Shown here: positions 30,758 to 44,050 of the stretch, in pieces
Layout of the letters: each line of letters starts with the position of its first letter
Position numbering within the stretch: position 1 is the stretch's first letter
NCBI GenBank assembly: GCA_050633525.1
Contig: JBOEGR010000027.1
Location: forward strand, 21,872 to 85,871
Origin: Cellvibrionaceae bacterium
GTDB taxonomy: Bacteria > Pseudomonadota > Gammaproteobacteria > Pseudomonadales > Cellvibrionaceae
DNA: 64,000 bases
Reading direction: 5' to 3'
The notes under the pieces: model-generated
Seen by the model: only the letters and a program-made list of their open reading frames with translations
Told to the model about the DNA's origin: nothing
The model's database searches: none
Made by a program: the position numbers and the translations under genes

Positions 30758-30920
30758 TTAAGGAACCTCTGAACAAGTCCAAACACGCTCTGGAGCTCAG
30801 GCAATGTTGCTGGCAAGACGTGTTTTACAAGCGGGCGGGTTCCCGGAGAAAAAACACAACGCCGTCAGCAAGTTTATCTGAACTCCAGAGCGTGTTTGGA
30901 CTTGTTCAGAGGTTCCTTAA
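30758..30920. repeat. MITE-like 163-bp element with 43-bp terminal inverted repeats (42/43 complementary)
   Basis: 30758-30800 (ttaaggaacctctgaacaagtccaaacacgctctggagctcag) is the reverse complement of 30878-30920 apart from one base. The ends are TTAA. No ORF inside. It overlaps the fadD stop codon. Confidence 0.6.
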
Positions 30921-32516
30921 CTCCCTGCGCAAGACTTTACCTACATTACTTTTTGGCAAATCATCACGAAATTCATATAAGCGCGGCACCTTATAAGCCG
31001 TCAGCGACTTTTTACAAAAAGCTTTTACCTCCGTGTCTTCAATATCACTGTCTTCTGTTCTAACAATAAATGCTTTAACCGCCTCACCACTATTCGCATC
31101 GGGAACCCCAATAACAGCGGCTTCTACAATATCAGGGTGGGAAACTAACACATTTTCAACTTCGTTAGGATACACATTAAAACCTGAAACAATGATCATA
31201 TCTTTTTTACGATCGACAATACGAACATAACCTTGATCATCAATAGTCGCAATATCTCCTGTTAACAACCAGCCATTACCAGTAATCACATCAGCCGTAT
31301 CTTTAGGACGCTGCCAATAACCCAGCATGACTTGAGGCCCCCGCACACACAGCTCCCCGGCCTCACCAGAGGGCAAAGTATTACCCTCAGCATCAATCAC
31401 TTTTAACTGCGTTTCAGGTAAAGCAACACCAATGGTTCCGATTAAAGGATTCTTTGGGTCATTAGAGGTCACCACGGGTGATGTTTCCGTTAAACCGTAG
31501 CCTTCAACCACTTGTGTATTGGTGAGTTCGTACCAAGTTTTTGCAGTATCTTCAGCAAGCGCCATACCACCAGATGTGGTGATACGAAGTGATGAAAAAT
31601 CAAGTTTTTTAAACTCTGAATGCCTTGCCAAAGCAACGAATAAAGTATTCAAACCTACCATACCCGTTAGCACATTTTTTTGAAAAGATTTAACAACATT
31701 ATCAATATCGCGCGGGTTTGGAATCAACACACTTTGACAACCTATCGCAAATAACACCATACAGTGCATCGTAAAACCATAGATATGATAAAGAGGTAAA
31801 GGTGCTAAAAAGTTTTCTTTTCCTCCCTGTAAACTATCACCCCAGAAATCTAGGATTTGCCTCATATCCGATATTAAATTGGCTTGCGACAACATCGCGC
31901 CTTTGGCCACCCCCGTTGTGCCTCCAGTGTATTGCAAAAAGGCAAGATCATTTGCACTCCTCGGGACATCATTAAAATCATCACGTCGGCCTAATTGTAA
32001 AGCGCGCCGAAATTTAACTGTGGACGGAAAATGGCAATCAGGCACTTCTTTTTTGATGTAGCGTAATACACCGTTAATAATATGCCTTTTAGGAAAATCA
32101 TGCATATCACCGACTTCGGTCACGATGACGTGTTGAATATCTGTTTTATCAATCACCTCTTCTGCCGCTTTTGAGAGATTGGCCAATACTACCAGTACTT
32201 TTGCCCCGGAATCATGCAACTGATGCTCTAGCTCTCGTCCAGTATAAAGTGGATTTGTATTTACAATCACCACACCCGCACGCAAAGCGCCGTATAACAC
32301 AACAGGGTATTGCAATAAATTAGGCAACTGTACAGCCAAGCGATCGCCCGGAGCCAATGTGGTGTGGTGCTGTAAATAGGCAGCGAAATCGCGACTTAAA
32401 CCATCTAATTCGGCAAAAGTAATAGTTTTGCCTAAACAAGTAAATGCAGGCAAATCCCCGTAACGCTGGCAAACAGCCGCAAATAATTCACTGATTGTTT
32501 CATGCTGGTCCATCAT
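30906..32516 (-). CDS. fadD: Long-chain-fatty-acid--CoA ligase
   Basis: AMP-binding motif LQYTGGTTGVAKGAML; GYGLTETSP; C-terminal PKSNVGKVLRRELR. The last 4 codons and the stop lie inside the inverted-repeat element. Confidence 0.9.
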   Translation of the reverse strand: MMDQHETISELFAAVCQRYGDLPAFTCLGKTITFAELDGLSRDFAAYLQHHTTLAPGDRLAVQLPNLLQYPVVLYGALRAGVVIVNTNPLYTGRELEHQLHDSGAKVLVVLANLSKAAEEVIDKTDIQHVIVTEVGDMHDFPKRHIINGVLRYIKKEVPDCHFPSTVKFRRALQLGRRDDFNDVPRSANDLAFLQYTGGTTGVAKGAMLSQANLISDMRQILDFWGDSLQGGKENFLAPLPLYHIYGFTMHCMVLFAIGCQSVLIPNPRDIDNVVKSFQKNVLTGMVGLNTLFVALARHSEFKKLDFSSLRITTSGGMALAEDTAKTWYELTNTQVVEGYGLTETSPVVTSNDPKNPLIGTIGVALPETQLKVIDAEGNTLPSGEAGELCVRGPQVMLGYWQRPKDTADVITGNGWLLTGDIATIDDQGYVRIVDRKKDMIIVSGFNVYPNEVENVLVSHPDIVEAAVIGVPDANSGEAVKAFIVRTEDSDIEDTEVKAFCKKSLTAYKVPRLYEFRDDLPKSNVGKVLRRELRNL

Positions 32517-32629
32517 AGAACCTCTTTTCGTTGTTATATTTTATATTATCGTTATTTTGCTACTATTATTCTTTATTATAGACTCTATATTACTATAAAC
32601 GTTCTTCCTGTATGAAATGACCAAGGTAA

Positions 32630-33484
32630 TTAGGTTAATAGCTTGCTTAACAAAACAGCTACGCCATCCTCATCTGCTGATAAAGTCGTTACATTAGCAA
32701 GCCCTTTAAGCGCTTCATTAGCATTACCCATAGCCACCCCCATACCCGCTTGCTGAATAAATACACTATCAGATTGTGAATCACCAAAAGCCATCACCTG
32801 ATCAGCACTCACTTTATGATAATTTAAGAGTTGCTTAAAACCTTTCTCTTTATTTGCTAAAGGACTAACAACACTAGCAAAATACCAATCAGGTCTAGCA
32901 AGGAAATGAGCAAAAGCAAATTCCAAGTGAGAAAACTCTGCAGCTAATTTTTCTAAAGCGCCCTTATGTGTATGATTATCAACACCGAGTAATAACTTGG
33001 TGATGGGAATATTTTGCTTAAAAAAATCTTGCGCAGATATTATTTTTGGTTTTACTCTGAGGTGCTGACTATGAATGCTGGCAATATCAGTATTGTTACC
33101 CGCCGTATAAAAATCGTAGGTATAAAATTCACAATATAATTTTTGTTGTTTGACTCTGTCATACAAGCACCCAATATCTTCCGTACTAAGGCAATGTGTT
33201 TGAATATGTTGCTTTTGTTTTGGATGATAAATTTCAGCGCCAGTGCAAAATAAACCGGCATCAGTTAAAGGCAAATTGTCGAATAGGAATTGAGCTGCTA
33301 TCGCTGGACGGCCCGAAGCAATAGCCAATTTAACACCTAAGCCAGCCAAGCGTTTAAGTTCGCGCTCTAATCGTTGAGAATAGTTTCCTTTTGTATCGAG
33401 CAAAGTACCGTCGATATCAAAAAAGATAAGTGAGGGGGTGAAATCTACTACATTGTCGGTGATGGTTTTTTCCAATAAGGCCAT
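32630..33484 (-). CDS. Cof-type HAD-IIB family hydrolase
   Basis: HAD motif I FFDIDGTLLD, motif IV FGDSQSD, 284 aa. Confidence 0.85.
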   Translation of the reverse strand: MALLEKTITDNVVDFTPSLIFFDIDGTLLDTKGNYSQRLERELKRLAGLGVKLAIASGRPAIAAQFLFDNLPLTDAGLFCTGAEIYHPKQKQHIQTHCLSTEDIGCLYDRVKQQKLYCEFYTYDFYTAGNNTDIASIHSQHLRVKPKIISAQDFFKQNIPITKLLLGVDNHTHKGALEKLAAEFSHLEFAFAHFLARPDWYFASVVSPLANKEKGFKQLLNYHKVSADQVMAFGDSQSDSVFIQQAGMGVAMGNANEALKGLANVTTLSADEDGVAVLLSKLLT

Positions 33485-33541
33485 GCACTACTCTGGTCTT
33501 GACTAGTCGAATACAAGAAAAGAAAACAAATCAGCTCTGAT

Positions 33542-33982
33542 TTAACCTGCCGTTTCAACAAGTCCTAATTCGTGATTCCACTCGCAACGAATATTAAAAT
33601 CATCGCTGCCAGGAATATGATTTTTATCGACTGCCTCCCACATAAAAGTATGTAAGCCAGTTAATTCTGTCTCCAGATGAACAACGGCAGCCTGCCAATA
33701 CATTGCCTTTAATAAGGCTTCAAATTTTTTGATCCAATCGGCCCATTCGTATTCGATACCCCGATACGAAGTACCAAAATGAATCACATTAGTCTGCCCT
33801 AAATTACCCTCCATTTGAAAACGAGGAATAGAAAACATATCTTGAGTTAAAATAGGCCAATCATCGGCAGAAGGTAAAGCAAGTATGGCTTTCTTATTGA
33901 CAGTTGTCTGCTCAAATAACTCACTCGTGGCTAACGAAGAAGAGCCTTTAATATAACCATAAACAATCGATTCTTGATCCAC
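33542..33982 (-). CDS. Hypothetical protein
   Basis: 146-aa ORF with no motif I recognise. Confidence 0.45.
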   Translation of the reverse strand: MDQESIVYGYIKGSSSLATSELFEQTTVNKKAILALPSADDWPILTQDMFSIPRFQMEGNLGQTNVIHFGTSYRGIEYEWADWIKKFEALLKAMYWQAAVVHLETELTGLHTFMWEAVDKNHIPGSDDFNIRCEWNHELGLVETAG

Positions 33983-34033
33983 AATACGCCCTTGCTCAAT
34001 GAGTACTTGCTTTTTACTTCACTACTACTTGGT

Positions 34034-34061
34034 TTTTACTATCTAGCTTTTACTATCTAGC
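34034..34061. repeat. Perfect 14-bp tandem duplication (ttttactatctagc x2) in an intergenic region
   Basis: 34034-34047 and 34048-34061 are identical. A degenerate third copy (tttttacttcactac) lies just upstream. Confidence 0.85.
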
Positions 34062-34090
34062 CCTCACAACAAGCAGAAGGTACTAATGAC

Positions 34091-34735
34091 TTAAAAAGGC
34101 CAAAGAGAGAAACCTTTACTTAATTTTTTCTCACATCCTTGCAGTTGTTTTTTATAGTTTGTCGCTCTATGTGCAACTTTATTGGCAACCGTTTTTAGCC
34201 AGGCCTTAGACTGGTAAGTTTTACGCTTAAAACCACCGTGACCTTCGTGATAAGCAAGATACAAACGATAAGTATCATCTAGCCTAACACGATTAACCTT
34301 GTGTGTTTGGGCATTGTACCAGCCAATAAAATCGATGGCATCACCAAAATCATCTCTATCAGCGCCCCAATTGCCTGTGCTTTTGCGGTACCAACTCCAT
34401 GTGCTATCAAGTGCCTGGGGATAGCCATAGGCATTACTGGGACGAGTCCAAGGTATTACCCATAGAATTTTGGTCCTAGGGGGCTTAGCTTTGGCGCGAA
34501 AGCGTGACTCCTGATGCATAATAGCCATCATGGTAGGGATGGGGGAACGCCAATTCTCTTCGGCTTTCTTGGCATCCTTATACCACCGGCCCTTCTCCTC
34601 AAATATGCTGCACACGTTATTAAGTTGTCGAGGAGGCGATGTAGTACAAGCTGATAGAATGGAAACACAAGCCAATAGTAACAAACACTTAATATTTAAT
34701 GGCGAAAACAAAGGAAAGTGCGCATCAATACTCAT
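34091..34735 (-). CDS. Lipoprotein with a lytic-transglycosylase (SLT)-like motif
   Basis: Lipobox ILSAC. MAIMHQESRF resembles the SLT catalytic E-S motif. Located downstream of ligA. Confidence 0.55.
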   Translation of the reverse strand: MSIDAHFPLFSPLNIKCLLLLACVSILSACTTSPPRQLNNVCSIFEEKGRWYKDAKKAEENWRSPIPTMMAIMHQESRFRAKAKPPRTKILWVIPWTRPSNAYGYPQALDSTWSWYRKSTGNWGADRDDFGDAIDFIGWYNAQTHKVNRVRLDDTYRLYLAYHEGHGGFKRKTYQSKAWLKTVANKVAHRATNYKKQLQGCEKKLSKGFSLWPF

Positions 34736-34737
34736 AA

Positions 34738-38261
<3,524 letters not shown>

Positions 38262-38437
38262 ATTTCCCGTGCTTTACAATTAATAAACTTTCAATAAAGT
38301 TAACCCAGTATTACTAAGCCGTACACCTAAAAACCGCTTAATAAAACAGCTAAGAAGATAATCCGATTATTCCTTAGCTTACAAGATTCGTCTAGAGGTT
38401 AGTCTCTACTTTTTGGTTTTTCTTGAGCTTAATGTGC

Positions 38438-41400
38438 TTAAGCAGAAGCTAACTCAGCTGCTTCGTTGACATCAACCGTTACCATACGTGAGACGCCTGC
38501 CTCATGCATAGTCACACCCATTAATTGCTGAGCCATTTCCATCGCAATTTTATTGTGCGTAATGTAGATGAACTGAACCTGTGCGGACATTTCTTCTACT
38601 ATACGTGCATAACGACCTACGTTAGCATCATCCAAGGGCGCATCAACCTCGTCCAACATACAAAATGGCGCTGGATTCAGGCGGAAAATCGAGAATACAA
38701 GTGCAATCGCCGTTAAGGCCTTCTCTCCACCAGACAATAAGTGAATGGTACTGTTACGCTTACCTGGTGGCCTCGCCATAATGGCAACACCCGTATCCAG
38801 TAAATCTTCGCCCGTTAACTCAAGATAGGCATGACCACCACCAAAGACTTTCGGGAATAACTCCTGAACGCCGCTGTTAATTTGATCGAAGGTTTCTTTG
38901 AAGCGCGTACGTGTTTCTTTATCAATTTTGATAATCGCATTTTCTAGCGTCTCAAGAGCCTCTCTTAAGTCGCCATCTTGGGCATCTAGATAATTCTTTC
39001 GTTCCGATTCGATCTTATATTCATCAATCGCGGCCAAATTAATAGCACCCAAACGCGAAATGCGGTTACCCAGCTGCTCCAACTCATCCTCAAAAGGCCC
39101 TTCAGTCGCATTTTCTGGCAGTGCTTCCAGTAATGCTTCAAGTTCACTACCGTCTTCTAATAACTGTTTTGCAATCGTCTCTCGCTGAACCTGAACTGTC
39201 TGGGCAGATAAGCGTGCTTCAGTTAACAACCCACGTAAAGACTGTAACTCATTATCTACACGCGAACGTGACTGTTCCGCGTCACGTAATTCCTGCTCAA
39301 CCGTCTCAAATTGCTTACGTGATGCAGTTAATTCTTCTTCAACTGCAATGCGTTTTTCAAGTAGTGCCTCAAGCTCAATCTTGTGCTCTTCAGTCGGGTC
39401 ATCGCTATCACCCAAGGACGCTTGTAATTGCTCTTTACGTTGCGCCAAACGGCTCGCTTGCTCCTGCAGGCGTTGCATACTATCGCGTATTGACTGTAAT
39501 TGGGTTTTGATCGATTGGTGACGCATTGCCAAGGCATGCAACTTATCTTTGTCGTGGCGAGCACGCTGACGACTCTGATCAAGCTTGCCACGAATGTCAT
39601 CGCGGCGTGTTAACAAGGCTTCTTTTTGATCGGTATCCTTTTCCATTAAACCAATCGCCTCTTCCAAGATCATGCGTGACTGGCTTAAGTTCTCAGCCTC
39701 GAGACTCATTTGCTCTTTGGCTTCGGCAATATCGCTTTCTAGTTTCTGTCGGCGCTTACCTTCTTGCTCGATACGCACCTGTAAGCTCGCCAGTTGTGAT
39801 TGCTGCTCATGAAACTGCTTATTGGTTTCATCAAGGTCACGGCGCAACTGCTCACGCTCAGCTTCATCACTTTTAACACTGTCACGGCGTTCAGATAACG
39901 TTGTCGATAAGGTATCAACGGCTTTTTCTAAATCAATAATGGTTTGGCCAAGCGCTTCTAAATCTTTTTGTCGTGACAGCACACTCGCTTCACTATCAGC
40001 GGCTTTCTTCAGGCGCAGCCAATTAACACCAAGCCAAATCCCTTCAGTGGTAATAATAGATTCACTGCCAGTTAAGTGTTGACGGGCTGATAAGGCGTCG
40101 CTCAATGAGTCCGCTACATAGACACCGCTCAACAGTGCTGAGGCATCAACACTACTATTGGCAGATACCTTGTCTGACAAAGCCGTCAGTTGGCCATTAG
40201 ACGATGCTGGAGCTGTATTTTGGCTATCTAGCAATACCAAACTACCCTGCTGCAAAGAGCCTAAAAGATCAGCAACAGCATCTATACCATCGACACAAAC
40301 AGCCTGTAGCGCATCGCCCAAGACCATCTCAACCGCCTGCTGCCATTGAGGCTCAACATTAAGCTCAGAAAGCAAGCGTGGCTTAGCATCTAAACCCGTA
40401 TCAGATAACCAGGAATCTAGCTTTTTACCGCCCGAAACAGCCGCTTGCTGGAGTGCTTCCAGAGAGGCATGGCGACCGCGGGCTTTTTGTAATTCGCTGC
40501 GCTTTTCATTTAAAGAAGAGTCTGTCTGGCTAATGGTATCTCGCGATTCGTTAATGCGCTCAATAACCACATCAATCGCCGCTTGCTTCTCTTCTCTTAA
40601 CAGCTTCGCTTCATTGACAGATTCTTGTAAAAGTGGAATTTCTTCCGCCTGCTGATCATCACCCGTATCTGAGTCCTCGGCTTCTAAACGTCGAATACGT
40701 TCAAGTAGCCGTGTCTGTACTTGCTCTAAATGCTGGATACGAGATTGCTCAACTTCCGCACGCTGACGAGGCTCCGCTGCACTTTGGTTAAATTCATCCC
40801 ATTCTTGCTGCCATACTTGCATGGCTTCTTCAGCTTCGAGCAAGTCACCGCCAGAATCTGTCTCGGCCGATTGCAGTAACTCTAATTCAGGCTCAATTTC
40901 ATTGAGTTCGACTTCCCAAGCCTTAATCTTTTCTTGATCACCTTCTAGATGCGCTTGCGACTCTTTGTGCTCACGCTCTACCTGAGCCAAATCATCTTGT
41001 AACTGGCGATTACGTTCTTGTACGTGCTGAATACTTTGCTCTATACGCGCAATCTCAGTGCCAATGCCATAAAAACGGCCCTGAATTTCATTGAATGTAT
41101 CGCCTTGCTCCGTATAGGCTTCGCGAAACTTCTCGATTGAGGTGTCAAAGCTGACACGATCCGTTACAAAGGATTCAATTTTTAATTCACGCTCACGAAT
41201 TTCTTGCTGCTGCTGTTTGGACTGCTCATCCAGTAAGCGATATCGCAAAGTTTGCAACTGGGCTTTGATTTCACGCTCTTCTTTTTTGAGTTCAGCGTAC
41301 TTTTCAGCTGCTTTAGCTTGACGCTCTAAACGCACTAACTGACGCCCCAACTCATCACGAATATCATTTAGACGCTCTAAATTCTCTTGGGTACGACGCA

Positions 41401-41950
41401 TACGATTTTCGGTATCACGGCGGCGCTCTTTGTATTTAGAGATACCCGCAGCTTCCTCAATATAAACTCGTAGCTCTTCTGGCTTTGCTTCAATCAAGCG
41501 CGAGATCATGCCCTGCTCGATAATGGCATAACTACGTGGCCCTAAGCCTGTACCGAGGAAGATATCAACGATATCCCGGCGGCGGCACTTGCTGCCATTA
41601 AGGTAGTAGATATTTTGACCATCTCGTGTCACTTTACGCTTAATCGAGATCTCAGTGAAACCAGCATACTCACCCTTCAAGGTGGCAGCACTGTTATCGA
41701 ATACCAGCTCAATCGACGCTTGACCAACGGGCTTACGGCTATTAGAACCGTTGAAAATGACGTCTGTCATTGATTCACCACGTAGGTTCTTCGCTGAAGA
41801 CTCACCCATTACCCAACGCACTGCATCGATAATATTAGATTTACCACAGCCATTAGGACCAACAACTGCACACAGGTTGCTAGGAAAGGTCACTGTTGTT
41901 GGATCAACAAAGGACTTAAAACCAGCAAGCTTGATATGTTTTAAACGCAT
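38438..41950 (-). CDS. smc: Chromosome segregation protein SMC
   Basis: 1170 aa. Walker A GPNGCGKSN, long coiled coils, a hinge, C-terminal signature LSGGEKALTAIAL, and Walker B FCMLDEVDAPLD. Confidence 0.95.
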   Translation of the reverse strand: MRLKHIKLAGFKSFVDPTTVTFPSNLCAVVGPNGCGKSNIIDAVRWVMGESSAKNLRGESMTDVIFNGSNSRKPVGQASIELVFDNSAATLKGEYAGFTEISIKRKVTRDGQNIYYLNGSKCRRRDIVDIFLGTGLGPRSYAIIEQGMISRLIEAKPEELRVYIEEAAGISKYKERRRDTENRMRRTQENLERLNDIRDELGRQLVRLERQAKAAEKYAELKKEEREIKAQLQTLRYRLLDEQSKQQQQEIRERELKIESFVTDRVSFDTSIEKFREAYTEQGDTFNEIQGRFYGIGTEIARIEQSIQHVQERNRQLQDDLAQVEREHKESQAHLEGDQEKIKAWEVELNEIEPELELLQSAETDSGGDLLEAEEAMQVWQQEWDEFNQSAAEPRQRAEVEQSRIQHLEQVQTRLLERIRRLEAEDSDTGDDQQAEEIPLLQESVNEAKLLREEKQAAIDVVIERINESRDTISQTDSSLNEKRSELQKARGRHASLEALQQAAVSGGKKLDSWLSDTGLDAKPRLLSELNVEPQWQQAVEMVLGDALQAVCVDGIDAVADLLGSLQQGSLVLLDSQNTAPASSNGQLTALSDKVSANSSVDASALLSGVYVADSLSDALSARQHLTGSESIITTEGIWLGVNWLRLKKAADSEASVLSRQKDLEALGQTIIDLEKAVDTLSTTLSERRDSVKSDEAEREQLRRDLDETNKQFHEQQSQLASLQVRIEQEGKRRQKLESDIAEAKEQMSLEAENLSQSRMILEEAIGLMEKDTDQKEALLTRRDDIRGKLDQSRQRARHDKDKLHALAMRHQSIKTQLQSIRDSMQRLQEQASRLAQRKEQLQASLGDSDDPTEEHKIELEALLEKRIAVEEELTASRKQFETVEQELRDAEQSRSRVDNELQSLRGLLTEARLSAQTVQVQRETIAKQLLEDGSELEALLEALPENATEGPFEDELEQLGNRISRLGAINLAAIDEYKIESERKNYLDAQDGDLREALETLENAIIKIDKETRTRFKETFDQINSGVQELFPKVFGGGHAYLELTGEDLLDTGVAIMARPPGKRNSTIHLLSGGEKALTAIALVFSIFRLNPAPFCMLDEVDAPLDDANVGRYARIVEEMSAQVQFIYITHNKIAMEMAQQLMGVTMHEAGVSRMVTVDVNEAAELASA

Positions 41951-42131
41951 TTAACTTTTATCCAGACAAGGGATCCGTGCAGAGTACGCAACACGCGTAA
42001 CAAAGCAAGGAAAGACTACATTCACTATCATCCATAAAGCATTGATTTTTATATAGTTTTAAAAATTGATGTTTACCGAGGTCGGTCTTAGACAGATGAT
42101 CTTATAAAGGCGGTGATTTTACACAGATCAC

Positions 42132-42162
42132 GTCGTCATTACACCATGATGACACGTTTTTT
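42132..42162 (+). terminator. Orphan terminator-like hairpin plus T-run on the plus strand (possible small RNA 3' end)
   Basis: GTCGTCATtacaccATGATGAC (8 bp including one G.U) followed by acgTTTTTT. There is no plus-strand gene upstream. Confidence 0.3.
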
Positions 42163-42205
42163 GAGAGCTAATTCTATTTAAGCTAATCTACAGGAATCTT
42201 GATGA

Positions 42206-42670
42206 CTAAAGCCAGCGCCTCACATTTCGCTTATATGCACTAAACTCCTCCCCAAATAAAGCCGCCAGCGCACGCTCTTCTGGCTGTATCTGAAAGCGGT
42301 CCAAATACGCTCCATAAAGAAACACGAAAGTGAATACCCATAAATTGCCTAGATACATACCCCATGCACAAAGCAACAAAACCATAGCCAAATACATCGG
42401 GTTTCGGGTAAAACGATATACGCCAGAGCTTACCAGCGATGAACTTGTCTCTGGCTTTAGAGGATTCACCGTTGTCTTCACAGACCGAAATCGAAGTGCA
42501 GAAGCCACCAGCAAGATAGCTGCGCTCAGGCAAAAAATGATGATCAATATATATTGAAGAATAATATTGAACCCGATATTAAGTGGAAAATGTCGAGCAA
42601 TAAACCACATCACGAGAGCAAAAATGCCTCCCAGCAATGGCGGTGGAATTGTATTTTCTAGAAAACGCAT
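42206..42670 (-). CDS. Isoprenylcysteine carboxyl methyltransferase (ICMT)/phospholipid methyltransferase family membrane protein
   Basis: Multi-TM, 154 aa, with GVYRFTRNPMYL and EERALAALFGEEFSAYK motifs. Confidence 0.75.
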   Translation of the reverse strand: MRFLENTIPPPLLGGIFALVMWFIARHFPLNIGFNIILQYILIIIFCLSAAILLVASALRFRSVKTTVNPLKPETSSSLVSSGVYRFTRNPMYLAMVLLLCAWGMYLGNLWVFTFVFLYGAYLDRFQIQPEERALAALFGEEFSAYKRNVRRWL

Positions 42671-42818
42671 AAGCTTTGCCTTTCTTACAATGCAAATAAT
42701 AAAATATCGGCCTTAGGTTTGAGCTGTTTAATATCCTTATTTAATCCTTATTTTCAAATGTATTCACTGAGCAATGATGAGATAATCATACAACCTTTTA
42801 CATAATAGGTCTGATATT

Positions 42819-43643
42819 ATGGCGAAACTACTCTTTGTTATCATTGCCTTTTTAACTGCCTCAGTCTGTTCAGCTGCTACAGAAAAAAACCATAATTTAG
42901 TCATTATTGACTCCCATATTCACTACAGCCACGATGCATGGGAAGAATTCCCCCCTAAAGAAGCATTAAAAATATTACAAGAATCAGGCTTAAAGAAAGC
43001 CTTTGTCTCCAGCTCAAGCGACGAGGGAACACAAAAACTATACTCACTAGCCCCAGATTTTATAGTACCTGTTTTAAGACCTTATCGTGAACGAGGTGAA
43101 ACCTTTAGCTGGAAAAGTGATGAGAGCGTTATAGGAATGTTATCAAACCTATTAAAACAAAATACTTACCTTGGTATAGGTGAGTTCCATGCCTTTGGTA
43201 AAGATATGGAATTACCAGTACTAAAATCGGTGATTGCTCTAGCAAAGCAGTACGGCATTTTTTTACACGCACACTCCGATGCTGAAGCCGTAGAAGGCAT
43301 TTTTACAGAAAACCCTAAAGCCATTGTATTGTGGGCTCATGCAGGTTTTACGAATACTGAAGAAATACGATCAATGTTGAAAAAACATCCTAACTTATGG
43401 GCCGATCTTGCTTACCGTGAAGACTACGCTTACGGCAGCAAAGTAAACGAGGAGTGGCGTCAATTATTTACCGAGTTTCCCGACCGGTTTATGCTAGGCA
43501 CTGACACCTACACTCCTGAACGTTGGTATTATGTCAACTACCATCATAAGTGGTCACGGGAATGGCTAAGTGATTTACCTAAGCCACTAGCGGAAAATAT
43601 TGCTTACCGAAATGCAGAAAGGCTTCTAGCTAAAGTGAAATGA
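42819..43643 (+). CDS. Secreted amidohydrolase-fold (TIM-barrel metal-dependent hydrolase) protein
   Basis: Signal peptide (LTASVCSAA); N-terminal metal motif IDSHIHYSHD; later HAHSD and WAHAG; C-terminal LGTDTY. Confidence 0.65.
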   Translation: MAKLLFVIIAFLTASVCSAATEKNHNLVIIDSHIHYSHDAWEEFPPKEALKILQESGLKKAFVSSSSDEGTQKLYSLAPDFIVPVLRPYRERGETFSWKSDESVIGMLSNLLKQNTYLGIGEFHAFGKDMELPVLKSVIALAKQYGIFLHAHSDAEAVEGIFTENPKAIVLWAHAGFTNTEEIRSMLKKHPNLWADLAYREDYAYGSKVNEEWRQLFTEFPDRFMLGTDTYTPERWYYVNYHHKWSREWLSDLPKPLAENIAYRNAERLLAKVK

Positions 43644-44041
43644 TCATGAGCCGTACATCTCTCTTATTTTTTTTCTTATTTTTTTCAGCGAATTGCTTGA
43701 GCTGTAATTTATCTAACAACACAATTATCGAAGGCAAGGATAATTTTTCACTCCATTATTCGTTACAACCTTCTATTATTGAAGCATCTAAGCCTTTCAC
43801 TATTCAAGTTTGCCTATATCAAAAGAATACTCACTTCACTCAAATTGAAGACTTAATATTTGATGCATCTATGCCCGCACATGGGCATGGGATGAACTAC
43901 AAAGCCAATATTACCAAGCTCAAGAATGGGGTCCATCTAATAGAAGGGCTGTTACTGCATATGCCTGGGGAATGGCAATTTACCTTTAAGGCCAGACTCA
44001 AAAATCAAAACCTGAATTTTATAAGCCATCATTCAATCTAG
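43640..44041 (+). CDS. Small secreted YtkA/FixH-like domain protein with a His/Met-rich motif
   Basis: Signal peptide. MPAHGHGMNY ... HMPGEWQFTFKA resembles the YtkA-like domain pattern. It has a 4-nt overlap (ATGA) with the upstream gene. Confidence 0.45.
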   Translation: MIMSRTSLLFFFLFFSANCLSCNLSNNTIIEGKDNFSLHYSLQPSIIEASKPFTIQVCLYQKNTHFTQIEDLIFDASMPAHGHGMNYKANITKLKNGVHLIEGLLLHMPGEWQFTFKARLKNQNLNFISHHSI

Positions 44042-44050
44042 CCAAGAATT

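Noticed and set aside
39121-40349. Several 60-130-aa plus-strand ORFs inside smc (39121-39510, 39526-39876, 39822-40082, 40158-40349), with similar ones inside ligA, zipA, korA, glnS and the dehydrogenase gene (for example 2762-3088 and 2844-3188).
   Set aside because: They are fully embedded, antisense or out of frame, in long genes with strong family motifs. Their products are low-complexity with no motifs or RBS. They are shadow ORFs.
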